A DNA stretch of 64,000 bases, from positions 880,923-944,922 of the forward strand of contig JAAOMT010000503.1 of the NCBI GenBank assembly GCA_016748015.1, in the 5' to 3' direction. The DNA is from Geosiphon pyriformis uo1 (lineage: Eukaryota > Fungi > Glomeromycota). Made by a program: the position numbers and the translations under genes. The notes beneath the pieces were generated by a model, which worked only from the letters and a program-made list of their open reading frames with translations, was not told where the DNA came from and did not search any database. Numbering within the stretch: position 1 is the first letter of the stretch; every line of letters starts with the position of its first letter. Of this stretch, positions 40,093 through 52,000 are shown one piece after another.

Positions 40093-41105
40093 TGTTACCA
40101 GAGGTTTTTGGTCTCTTTTCTTGAATGTTGTAACTGTTTGTTGATTGCAAATTCACGTTTTCTAGAAGTAGTTGAACCTTCAATAACTGAATTTATCTTC
40201 AAATTATCTCCTGTAATTTGAACTGCTGGACTTATAAGTGGAATGGCCAATTCTGTGCCAGTTACTTTATGTAATTATGTTTAGTAAACGTCAACTCTTT
40301 CCCAAGAATTGCTCGTCTGGAAGCTCACTAAAATGTGTAGTTACTTTGCTGTGAAAGCCAACTTTTCTACAGGAATCTCGTCTGTAGGCTACCTTAATGA
40401 TTGTAATAAAAAAAGAAAAGAAAAGAAAAATAAAAGAAATGTAAAAGAAATAGGATTTTATCAAGGGAAACGTTTTCTATTTAGGTCTGGAATCACTAAC
40501 AGATTACTGAAATTGGTAGCTAATCAATTTCAAAACGTTAGTTGTGTTGAGAAAACTTCAAGTGTAATAATTTGAGGATTTTGGTTTTTGAATATTTAAT
40601 TTTTATTTGAATGTGTAAAAGGTAATTTGTTTCAATTAAGATATCTAAAGTAAAATACTATATTAAGATACTATGAGAAGATACATTTTCTTGAAGAGAA
40701 AAGCTCTTCTTTTATACAACTTGTTGTAGTACTAGTCTATGAACTTGCACTTTTTCTCTTTGCTCAAATTTCGGCAAACTAAAGATATATTTTGATGAAT
40801 TACAAGTTATTTCGCTAAACTATTAATTAATTTGGGTAAACTATTCATAATTTCGGCGAATTTCTATAAATTTCGGCGAATTTCTGTAAATTTCGGCGAA
40901 TTTTAGAATGTTACAAAGTTCAGGGTATTGTGTAATTTGATCATCCTACTTTCTGTTATACTAATTGGATTATTTAATTGAATCGTGATATGTGATAATT
41001 GATTAAATAATAAATGATAATTTGAAATGATATTAATATAATTAATTATAGAAATTATAAGGGTAATTTTCCTATTAATTAATAGCTAAAATTCTACTGG
41101 TAACA
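40093..41105 (-). repeat. Family B 5' LTR
   Basis: Direct repeat of 31111-32143 with one fewer internal repeat unit. Confidence 0.95.
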
Positions 41106-41109
41106 CTAT

Positions 41110-42842
41110 ACAGCACATTATAATTGCTACAAGCCAAGGAAATCCTATCAGACAAAATTTTGGATAAAATCTTCCTAGCTGTTTTAACTAATGTTATTGG
41201 TCTCATATTAGTAAAAGCCTCCTTCTAATCATAAGACTTCAATATCATAGAAATCCAAGTTCTTTTCTATTGCTTAGGAACTGTACCAAACCTTAAATAC
41301 TTATTTAAAATGTCCAACAAACCACTGAAAACCTACTGGTCATCATGTTTCCAAAGCTCATTAGGAATACCAGAAAGACCAGCAGTCTTCCCATCAGACA
41401 GAAACTTGACTATTTGCAAAAACTTATTGAATCTAATATTACATATAATGCCTGAAAAAACCACATTATCAACATAATTAAGAGAAACATATTGGTTGAG
41501 CCAGTGAACAGGAGTGGAATTAGACACCAAATACTTTCTTATCTATCTTTTCATAATATTATCAACCATTAACTTGACCATCTGAGATTTCAAAACAAGC
41601 TCATTATCTATTACTAAATAATCAAGTATCACTTTTTGAACAAGGTAATTCAGGACACTTTTAATCATTCTACCCTTATCAGAACAAAAATTTTCCATAC
41701 ATTTGTTAATGGTTTTCTTGATGGAATCATCTTTGACAGCCTTAAATTCATAGTATTTGGACTTGCAATAACTTTTCTTAATACATGACAGATGATATAA
41801 AACAACACCAGAACAAACACTACTCTCAATTATGCCACAAACTTTGACAGCTTCCTCTTCATCAATAGCAGTCTATATATTAATAAGACAAACAACTCTC
41901 AAAACTTGATTAGAGCTTATGCTTTTTACTAGTTTTGCCACTAACAATTCAAGCCTAACAAACTTTGATGACTGTTTATCTACTGAGACATTGGATTTAG
42001 AAAACCACAACTTAGAAAACACCTTATCAGCAGAAACTATCACCACCTTTTTCAGAATCTTCCACATTAAGTCCAAATCTCCATAACACTTAGCACTATT
42101 GAAAATCTCCATCCTCTCCAAAAATATGTCCAAAGAACAACTTCTAAATTGTGACCAACTCTTATCACTAACATTTTTGATTCGGAATTTCCATCTATCT
42201 CTGTTTGCCTGTTTATGTACACTGTTAAGACATATATCCAGAAGATCACTTAAACCAATCATTATTGATATTGCTTTGTGATTAGTATTAAAAAATTCAG
42301 AAACTGGCTCCACTTTATGGCTAACAACAGCAGATGCCAGACTGTAAGTAACAAAAATGAAATTAATAACTTTTTTTATGTCTTTAGAATTGCTTTAAAT
42401 ACATAACTTAGTTAATAAATATTCATAAAAAAAGTTGACCAACCCCAGATCTATGCAAAACTTGAAACTTGCACTCTTTTTAGTACTATTTTCATTGAAA
42501 TCTCCACCCACTACTGCAAAAGTACAAGAATTAACAGCTTTGGCAATAAAAAAATTAATTTTAGATGCTTAATCATATTTTGCCTTAGCAAACACACCAG
42601 CATATAATCTTAAAATTGTAACAAATAACTTTTCTTTGAACAAAAGCCTAATAAAAATAATTTGTCCAGAAACTTCTTCAATTTTAGAAACATAACAGGT
42701 CAAAGAATTGTTCATAATAATAGTCACCCTGATATTATGAAAACCTTTGTCCAAACCAGAAGAGAAAATTTGCACCCTCTCAAATTTGTTCATAATTCAA
42801 GGTTTAATGCTAGGCTTTAACTTTGTCTCTGTAACAATTGAT
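41110..42842 (-). mobile_element. LINE copy 2, segment 1 (APE-type endonuclease to RT N-terminus; 5'-truncated)
   Basis: IVTETKLK, VVGGDFNE, NTNH (TDH), KTAGLSGIPNELWKH, TNMRPITLVKTARKILSK. Confidence 0.88.
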
Positions 42843-42849
42843 TTAACTT

Positions 42850-43790
42850 CACTAGAACTGAGTTTACAGAGGCTTTAAGAGCCACAAATTTTAACTTTAA
42901 ATATAAATAATATTAATAATAATATATTATTACTTATATAAAAAAACAAAAAAAATAATATAATATAAAATAACTAATAAAAAATAATAATTATACAATT
43001 AATAAATTTTTTAATTGTAAAAAAACATAAAATCTAAAAATAAATAAAATAATTACATATTTAATATTTTTTTTTATAATATTTTTTTTTATTTTTAAGT
43101 ATTTAAATATTTGTAAATAAAGAATTATTTGTTAATATTCACATATTTTATTTTATTTTCTTAAATTATATTATTAAAATTAATTTAAAAAGTATTTATT
43201 TATTCTTAAAATTTATTAAATAAAAAAATAATTGAAAAATATAATAATATCTGGTATTAATTTTAAAAATTACCAAATAAAACATAAAATAATAACAATA
43301 GTATAATTTTATTAACAATTACAAACTATTTTTTTATTTTTAAATTTTCCAATAAAGATTAAACAACTATAATTTTAAGACTAATTACATATATTAAATT
43401 CTTATAAATTTAATTTATTTTTTTAATTTATTTTTTTTTTCAATTATTTTTATTACTTTTAATAAGATTTTTTTTTTCTATTTATTAGTTTGTTATTTAA
43501 ATATATAACAATATTATTACAAATATTAAAATTTGAATTGTGCTTTTTTTGTTTAAAATTGTTTATTGTATTCAAAAATTTTATAATAAATTTGGTTTAG
43601 TTTTTTATATTATTGCTTTTTTTATAAAATTTTTGCTGTTTTGGAATTTTTATAAAATTTATAGTTAAACTTATTGGTTTTTTAATAATTATAGTTATTT
43701 TTTTTATTGATTGTTAAAAACAAGCTTTAATATAAATTAAAAACCCAAATTGTTAAGTTTGGTAGTTTGTTTGCCAATTTAATAGAAGAT
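42850..43790. other. Extremely AT-rich degenerate repeat debris
   Basis: Composition as in the other island borders; no assignable ORF. Confidence 0.5.
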
Positions 43791-43992
43791 TTTGCCATTT
43801 GTGGTAGGTTAATGTAAGTCCGAGTGGCTGGTCTCACGTAATTCGCGCCTATGTCAGACATAACATGTTTATAGTTAGCACTTAGACATATAATGATAAT
43901 CACATGATATTATTTGTTTTACTCTGGCCAGAATTAGACCCTGAAATCTTAACTGGCATAAGGGTTTTCCGAGTTTCTCGTTTGTATCTAAG

Positions 43993-44760
43993 ATGACAAA
44001 GATTTTGACAAATTTAGCCAAGATGTTAACAATCCCAGCTTTACAAACACGTTCTCATGTTATCAATCAGCCCACCACTGCTGCTTTAGAACTTGCTCTT
44101 AGGTATATAGAGTCCAAAAGCCCTCTCAACCTCACTCCTATCACAAACTATATACGACAAGAACTTATAGCTCGCTTTGCAACTATTGAGAACTGGTATA
44201 CTCAAACTTGGTTGCATAAGCAGCTCGTTTTTCTTGGGATACCACCCCTTTATATCTCTATACTCTTGGCAATAGTTTTGCTAGCAACGCTCCGGCAAAT
44301 GTATAGAAAGTCTATATATCTTCTTTGTAATTCGATTGGAGTGTTATACCCCGCTTATCGATCGATTAAGGTACTTGATGAAAGTGCAGAAAAAGAACAT
44401 AAGATCGCCATGGCAGAACAAAAGCAATGGCTGACTTACTGGACTATTTATGGGTGGCTTCAAATTGCTGATTATTGGTCAAACTGGTTCTTAAAATTTT
44501 TTCCGGGGTACAATTTTTGTAAGTTAGTGTTTTTATATTGGGCACAAAATGATCGATCCAAAGGCGCTACCATTATATTCGAACATTTCGTACAACCATT
44601 ACTGAGAAATCCCCCTCATCCTAAAGGGGAATTGAGACCAAAAGAGCATCAAATTCAACAGGAATCAACCAAAAAACAAGCGAATGAGATCACATCCAAT
44701 CCTCATAGCAACACTAATAAAGATGCTCCATATCATCATTCCTCGGAAGAAATTTGGTGA
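43993..44760 (+). CDS. TB2/DP1/HVA22 (REEP/Yop1-like) ER membrane-shaping protein, apparently intronless
   Basis: 255-aa ORF with IGVLYPAYRSIK..QWLTYWTIYG..FPGYNFCKLVFLYW..GATIIFEHFVQP. Confidence 0.85.
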   Translation: MTKILTNLAKMLTIPALQTRSHVINQPTTAALELALRYIESKSPLNLTPITNYIRQELIARFATIENWYTQTWLHKQLVFLGIPPLYISILLAIVLLATLRQMYRKSIYLLCNSIGVLYPAYRSIKVLDESAEKEHKIAMAEQKQWLTYWTIYGWLQIADYWSNWFLKFFPGYNFCKLVFLYWAQNDRSKGATIIFEHFVQPLLRNPPHPKGELRPKEHQIQQESTKKQANEITSNPHSNTNKDAPYHHSSEEIW

Positions 44761-45171
44761 CAGGAGAGATATTCGGAATCGCAAGGACCTGATGTAATAA
44801 CTTATCGACCCAAGAATAATATTTAAGAATTAATTTTTTCTCAGATTACAGAAATTCTGGAAGTTGGGGTTTGGTAATTGATAGTCCATTCTAGAATATT
44901 AGATTTATTAGAAATTTCCTTTTTCTTTTTTTTTTGACGAGAAAGAAAGGAACTGAAAAATTCATTCAAATCCTTGCTCTTGTTCTGCATCAAATATCTT
45001 CAGAATGGCCGAGTCTGTCTATAACTCCAACTGCTTTTTTCAATTGCTTGTACAGCAATTGAACTTATATCTATTATGTGATCAAAAATCAAGTCAGTTG
45101 TTTGAACATCTATAGACAATTTTAATGGGAACTGAGATCCTAGACGCGAAGTATTCTAGTGGTGAAGTCAG

Positions 45172-45871
45172 TTATCGTCGCCTTCCACCACGCCATATTG
45201 CGGTTCTAGAATTTTGTCCCTCACTAAGACTTGCTTGCTGCGCTTGTCTGCGCAAATGGGCCACTACTCTTTCTTTCAACCACGTTCGATCGCGTGGCAT
45301 ATATGCCTTCAGAGAAGGCTCGAGGACTAAGGCGCTCAGTTCTTGGTGCCCATCCATGAAAGCGAGCAAATCATCCACCGAATAATTAATATGGCCAACG
45401 TTTGGATTTTGTTCGGTCAATCGCGTTTCGTGCATCGAAATTATGTCTGAATCAAAGAAATTATCAGATGAAAAAGAAAAACTGAACATGAAAATTCCAT
45501 TTTCTACAACTTGCTTCCCTGTCGTATAAATAAAAGCAGACATAGCTGGCTAAATTGGCGAGTTTACTGAGCTAATATATAAAAGATTCAACTTTATAAA
45601 GTTTATTGAATGCACAAACTCTGGAACCTTTAAAACTTGATGTGACTCATATCGCATGAAGGATATATATAATTTGGAAATTTATGCTTGCTTACCTTCA
45701 ATAGCCAATGCAACTGTTTTATATTCGAGCCAAATTCGGGTGTTTCGATTGTTGGTTTTCTGAAGTAGTAATATTGTATGTACCGTCTGAATGTTGAAAA
45801 GAAAATATTGTGTCACTTTTGGCTTCTGAAGAGAAAGTACTTGAATGTTGTAGAAAATCCTTGTTTACCAT
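45172..45871 (-). CDS. ERH: Enhancer of rudimentary homolog, 3 exons (first coding exon is ATG only)
   Basis: M|TVHTILLLQ..RIWLEY..AIE|DIISMHETRL..NP..INYSVDDLLAFMD..LSALV..YMPRDRTWLKERV..LRRQAQQA matches the ERH pattern. Confidence 0.88.
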
Positions 45872-46108
45872 TTTCAAGCTGCGTGTCGGAAGACAAGACC
45901 AACAAGGGTGATCGATGTTTCAATATCAAATCGAGAGCTCATAAATTCCTTTAGAAATAGATCAGAAAAACTTAATATCGCAATTTTTTAATTATTTATT
46001 GTTTGGAAAATGCCTTGTTACACCAAGATCAATGACGTATTTTCCCACGAATTTTTGTCGTGCATAAATACAATTTGGCTTCATAGAATTTTAGGGAAAA
46101 TTTTACAA

Positions 46109-48926
46109 ATGGCTAGTCAAAAAAAATCGAAAACCTCGAGGAAAGATGTTGGTTTCAAAGGAAATGAACCGATTACAAAAGATCCGCGTTTTGTGCATTT
46201 ACATCAAGACCCACGCTTTGTTCGACCTAAGAAAAAAGATATGAAAGTGAAATTGGATCAACGATTTCTTCATATTTTGAACAATAAAGATTTTAGTGAT
46301 ACGCGTAAGCTGCTAGAAAAAAACTCGTGTTCCATAGGCCTTTACATATATTAATAGCATAATTTACTTTTTCAATCATCGAATAGCCAAAGTTGATAAA
46401 TACGGACGTAGATTATCGACAGAACATACCGCAAGAGAATTGAAACGATTTTATACTTTAGAGGACCAGGAGAAGCTCAATAGTGATGACAGCAATGGTC
46501 CTAAAGGGAGTAGTGATGAAATTGATTATAATGAGAAAGAAAAAGAAATGGAAAATGTGGGAAAGATATATGATCTTGCTAGGGGGGAGGGTTTGGTTCC
46601 CTCATCCTCATCCTCATCAGATGAGGATTACGAAGTTAATGAAGAGAATCAATCTTCGGCAAATGATGAAATAGAAGTTATGGAAAATTTGGGGAAATTT
46701 GAGGAGTCGGAAGAGGATATTCCTTTAGGGGCCGAAACTCATCGATTCGCCGTTGTGAATCTTGATTGGGATAACGTGAAAGCTTCGGATTTGATGAAGG
46801 TATTCAGTTGCTTTGCCCCAAGTAGATCCATCATTCATTCCGTGAAAATATACCCATCGGATTTCGGAAAAGAGAGATTGGAATTGGTAATGAATTCCTG
46901 TCGATTGTCAAACGTTGTTGAATTCAAGTACTTTTAATTCATTTCAGATTTCTAGGAAAGACGGGAAGGCCCACCAAAAGAAATATTCAAATCATCATCC
47001 TCCACTACAGACTATAAAGATACCGATGAACTCAACAAACATGATGGCAATATAAATTTCAGTGATAATGAAGCATCTCAAGATTTTGATGAGGAGGCCT
47101 TACGAAAGTATCAAATTGAGCGATTAAGGTGTGATTTCTGTGGCACTTTTAATTCAACATTGTATCGGCTGGCGAGCTTTCTATAATTTTATTATATCCC
47201 TTTAGGTATTATTTCGCTGTTGTAGATTGTGATTCTGTAGAAACAGCGCGGCAAATTCATCAACACTGTGATGGCGCAGAACTTGAGAATACTGCCAATT
47301 TTCTTGATTTGCAATTTATACCTGATGATATGAAATTCAATGATGAACCAAAGTACATAAAAACGCTCTTTCATTGATTTTAAATCATAGATGATACATT
47401 CTTTAATCTATTTTTATCTAAACATAGAGACGAGTCCTATCAAGCCCCAGATGTATATAGACCTGTTGATTTTGTAACTGATGTAAGTTCAATAAATAAG
47501 GACTATCTTCTGGCTATATTCCTAGAATGATAATTCAATTTTATAATAGGCTCTTCAACATTCGAATGTGAAACTGACCTGGGACAATGATGATCCTGAA
47601 CGGGCTCGGATAACCCGTTCAAAGTTTACGAAAGATGAATTGGAAAGAATGGATTTTCAAGCTTATCTTGCCGTTTCAGAGGACTCGGAGGAAGATATTG
47701 AGACAGCGCGGAAGAAATATAAGGACTTGTTAAATTTGACTGAATCAAAAAATTCTTTTGATGAATTCTCTGATAATCAAAGGGAAGAATATCAAGAAAT
47801 GGAAGTTACATTTGCTCCTGGCTTGAGCGAAATCGCTACTGAATTATTAGAGAAAAGGAAAGAAAAAGAGGTAAATCAGAAGTTAATTTAACAAATATAG
47901 GATATTTATGATTTAGAAAAATATTTCCGTCATATCATCTTCAGGCAATTGAGAATGAGACAACTTTAGATACCTACCTGAGAAAACAACGAGAGAAAAA
48001 GAAAATTAAAAAAGAAACACGGAATGGAATGAAAACTGGTAATGCAGGGACATGGGGTATTCGGTTTATGATAATTAATTTTAGCTGATTCTTATGTAAG
48101 ATTAAAACTTCGCTCTTCCACACTCCTACCAACAGATGAATCCAAGCCGATATTGTCATCTGAAGGCGATGCTGAACTTATAAAAGACAAATTCTCAGGT
48201 AGTGGGTCCAAAAAATTGAAGAAATCTGAAGCTGAATGGGCCGAGGAGGAAAAGAGTAAAGCAGAATTGGAACTTTTGGTCATGGATGGAGACGACGATG
48301 GTCACAAGCATTTCGATATGAAAGAAATTTTAAAAAAGGAAAAGAGAAAAGGAAAAAAGAAAAGATTAAAGAAGGTTGATGAAGACGAAGAAGACACTTT
48401 CGAAATAAATGTGAAAGATCCAAGATTTGCTGCACTTCATGAATCGTACCATTTCGCCATCGATCCAACAAATCCTCAGTATGGGCTCATTTAATTTTTT
48501 TTCTTTTCAATTATACCAAATAACTCATCACCTAATTACTATAATAGATTTAAAAAAACTAAAGCAATGAAAAAATTGCTGGAAGAAAGACGACATCGTC
48601 AAACCGATTTATTGCAGGACGATGACCTGGAGTCCACAAAATCTCAGGTAATTTATTTTTTATTACTCCTTAAAATCATATTTAACTATACATTTTCCTA
48701 TTTAGAATAAAATATTATCCATTGATGATACACTGCCCGAAGATACCAGCTTAACCAAATTAATTAAATCGGTAAGCATGGCATCCCCCAATCTCAGTTT
48801 CTTTTTGTGTTTATTCTTCGCTACTACATTTTTCACCTGTAAAGATTAAATATATAGGTGAAACGAAAAAGTACAATTGCAGTTGAAAAAAGTCGGCGGC
48901 AGGGTAAACGTAAAAAAGCTGATTGA
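46109..48926 (+). CDS. ESF1: Pre-rRNA processing protein Esf1 (NUC153 domain), multi-exon
   Basis: DPRF..DPRF, VDKYGR, DLARGEG, THRFAVVNLDWDNVKA.DL, IYPSDFGKER, LRKYQIERLRYYFAVV, LTWD.DD, DPRFAALHESYHFAIDPTNPQ. Confidence 0.95.
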
Positions 48927-49073
48927 TATTTGTAATTCCCAATCTTTTGAGATTAATGCAGAAACTTAACCGTTGTGAGTCCTCATTTCCAAGCAATTGA
49001 GAAGATGTATCAAATCAAAATTTAAAAAAATAAATTATTATTCGAGTACTTTGCTCAATAAAAATTATTATAG

Positions 49074-52000
49074 CTAGGCTAGTGTAACCCAACTTCTCTC
49101 GCCATCTTTTGGCGAAACAAGGGCAGAATTCGAGATATCATCAAGGCAAGCCATACGTATTCGCTCAGATGTCGCAGGCGATTTAATTGTAAGAACTTCT
49201 TCAATGCCATTGTCTGCTCTGGAAATTTAGATTTATATCTAGACAATATTGTTGAAAACTTGAATCTCAAATAAACTCCGAACCTACCGCGCAGATTTGA
49301 TAGCATCCCTGATTGCGTAAAAAACCGAGGCACCAAGGAATAATGGTGGTTCACCAACCCCTTTGCTGCTATGAATCGTCTTCAATGTAGGATATTGGAC
49401 TCCTTGTAGTGTACTGACACGGAAATCCTGGGGAATATCCCTTTTGAAAAATCAAATAAATCCAATTAATAATGTAAAAATATTATAAAATAAGATACAA
49501 TTTCGATTAGAAACAAACCTAAAACCGGGAATTTTGTAATTACCGGGGCCTCTTGTAAATATATGCCCATTCGGAAAAAATAAACTCTCTTCGAGAGTGC
49601 ACCATCCAACACCTTGAATAAAAGCCCCTTCAATTTGGCCCAGATCAATCGCATAATTCAAACTTCGTCCAATGTCCATACATAAATCGCTCCGGAGTAT
49701 AGTGTGATCTCCAGTCAGAATATCAACTTCCACTTCGCTCACAGCAGCTCCTGTTGTGAAATATAAATATAGTTGGCCTTCATTTTTTTTCGGATCATAC
49801 CCTATATCTGGTGCCTTGTAAAAACCATTTGCAGACAAATTGACCCGATCGAAATGAGCAGCTTGACATATCTAGTAAAGATCGCGGGAGTGAATAAATA
49901 TTTGAAGTGTTATATTAGAAATAAAACAGAGAAAAACAATATAATTACCTCTTTAAAGCTCGCGCCTAGCATTTTTTCACGATAAGGTTTTAATCTTTCC
50001 ATTAGCTGTTGGCAGGCATTGGCGACTGCGTAGCCATTCAAATCACTAGAAACACTAGCAGCTGTGGGCCCAGAATTTGCTACGATGCTTGTAGATGTCT
50101 CTATCAAATGAACTGTAAATAAAAAAAAGCCTATATTGAGTTTTGAGTATCAAAAGCATGCATCAGAGCGCTTTTAATATTTAAATAAGATTATTTAGAA
50201 CAAGATCTTTACTATGTTCCATAGAAATCCCGAGTGTTTCAGCAGCGATTTGTAGCATTTTTGTGTGCAAGCCTTGGCCCATTTCAACACCCCCTAGTAT
50301 TCATTAAGAAAGCTATTATAGTAGAGTTGAGTTATGTATATCTAGTATAACATAGTATACTTACCGTGACTAACAAGAACACTCCCATCAAGATATATAT
50401 GAACAAGAGCTCCAGCCTGATTAAGATGCAATACATCGAAAGAGAGCCCAAATTTAGTTGGAATAAAAGCCAACCCTCTTTTACGCCATTTGTGTTTTTG
50501 ATTAAACACATCTACTTCTAGCCTGCGTTTTTCAAAATCGCTTGTTTCCTTAAGTTGCTTGTAGATTTGGGGTAAATGCCAATCGGTGAGCGTTTGATTG
50601 AATGGCGTTTTTTGACCTTCTTGATAAAAATTAATTATCTGTCCAAAAATAGGAAAATAAGATTGGATCCTTAAAACAAATATTTTTTTCACAAAGGTAA
50701 AAAAAAAAGAATGAACTTGCTCTCAGTTCGTCCACACTCATGTTTAAGCTTTCGGCAACTTCACAAAGCATATTTTCTGTAATCATCATTCCTTGAGGAG
50801 CACCAAATCCTCTGAACGCAGTATTAGAATGCGTATTAGTCTTGCAGATTTTCCCCTTAATTCGATAGTTAGGCATATAATAACAACCATCCATATGATT
50901 AATGCAGCGCACGAGTACACCGCCAGACAAATCAATAGAATAGCCACCGTTACTGTAAACCTTTAAAAGAATTAAGCAGATTGTAAAATTTAGCTCAGAA
51001 AATTAAAAAACATTGCTTAAGCTCTATTACTTACTTGGGCGTCAATTCCTTGAATTTTCCCATCTTTATTAATACCCATACGCCAATGCGCAAGAAAAGG
51101 ATGACGTTGACCTGTAATAACAATATCCTCATCTCGGTCAAGCATGCATCGGATAGGTTTTTTAAGATGCCAAGCTCCAACAGCCAGAGCCGTAGTTAAA
51201 GCAAGGTTTTTGGTCTCTTTCCCACCAAAACCGCCTCCTAATCTCTTGACCCGACATATAACCTTGTTTGATGAAATTCCAAGAACTGAAGCGACTGTCA
51301 TCTGAGTTTGACCTGGAATTTGAGTGGAGGCATAAATTTCAAATTCATGATCTTCATGTTTTGGAATCACCAAGGAAACTTGCGTCTCTAGATAAAAATG
51401 TTCTGCCAGATATATAAAACTTGTAAATAAAAGATTGAAGTTTTAAAGGAAGTGGCTTTAAAGCTTTCAAGGATCTTTAAAATCAAACCTTGACCTCCGA
51501 TCCTAGTGCTTCCTAAATTTAAAAAGAATATAAGTATTTTATATATTAAAACAGATTTCCCTAAATTACTTTTTATCAAGTGTTTGATTTTTAATAAATT
51601 CCTTTAAAAACAAAATCGGCTGTATTTAATGCATTTTCCACATTTCCTCTTTTGAGTTCTTTTTCGAAAGGGAAAAAGCTGTTCATTTCAATCGCTTCTT
51701 CAATTGTGATTATATGGGGCAGAGGTTCGTATTTGACTTTCACCAGCATTACAGCTTCTTGAGCAAGGACTTGCGATTCTGCAACTATTAAACCGATTAT
51801 CTGGCCTATACCAGAATAATTTTATTAGAAACTTGTAAAAAAAATTTCATTCGAGATATAAATGACCCACCGACACAGGAGACCTCCTCATTTGCAAAAA
51901 CGGTTTCATCTTTAATAAGTGTACCGAATTTATTATCGCCCGGAACATCCTTTGCAGAAAAGAAACCATGAACTCCCGAAGCTGACAACGCTTCAGAAGG

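Larger units (their letters stand above)
31111..41105 (-). mobile_element. Full-length Ty3/Gypsy LTR retrotransposon, family B (younger, decayed)
   Basis: LTRs at 31111-32143 and 40093-41105, both TGTTAC...GTAACA. TSD CCAT/CTAT. PBS TGGTGCTCTTCCACAGAA at 40073-40090, PPT at 32144-32156. Removal restores the LINE frame NVLYGDNFSVLKG. Confidence 0.95.

Noticed and set aside
45655-45666. ATATCCTT (minus strand) within ERH intron 2 as an AT-AC donor
   Set aside because: Not at an exon boundary and it extends a TA run; likely chance.
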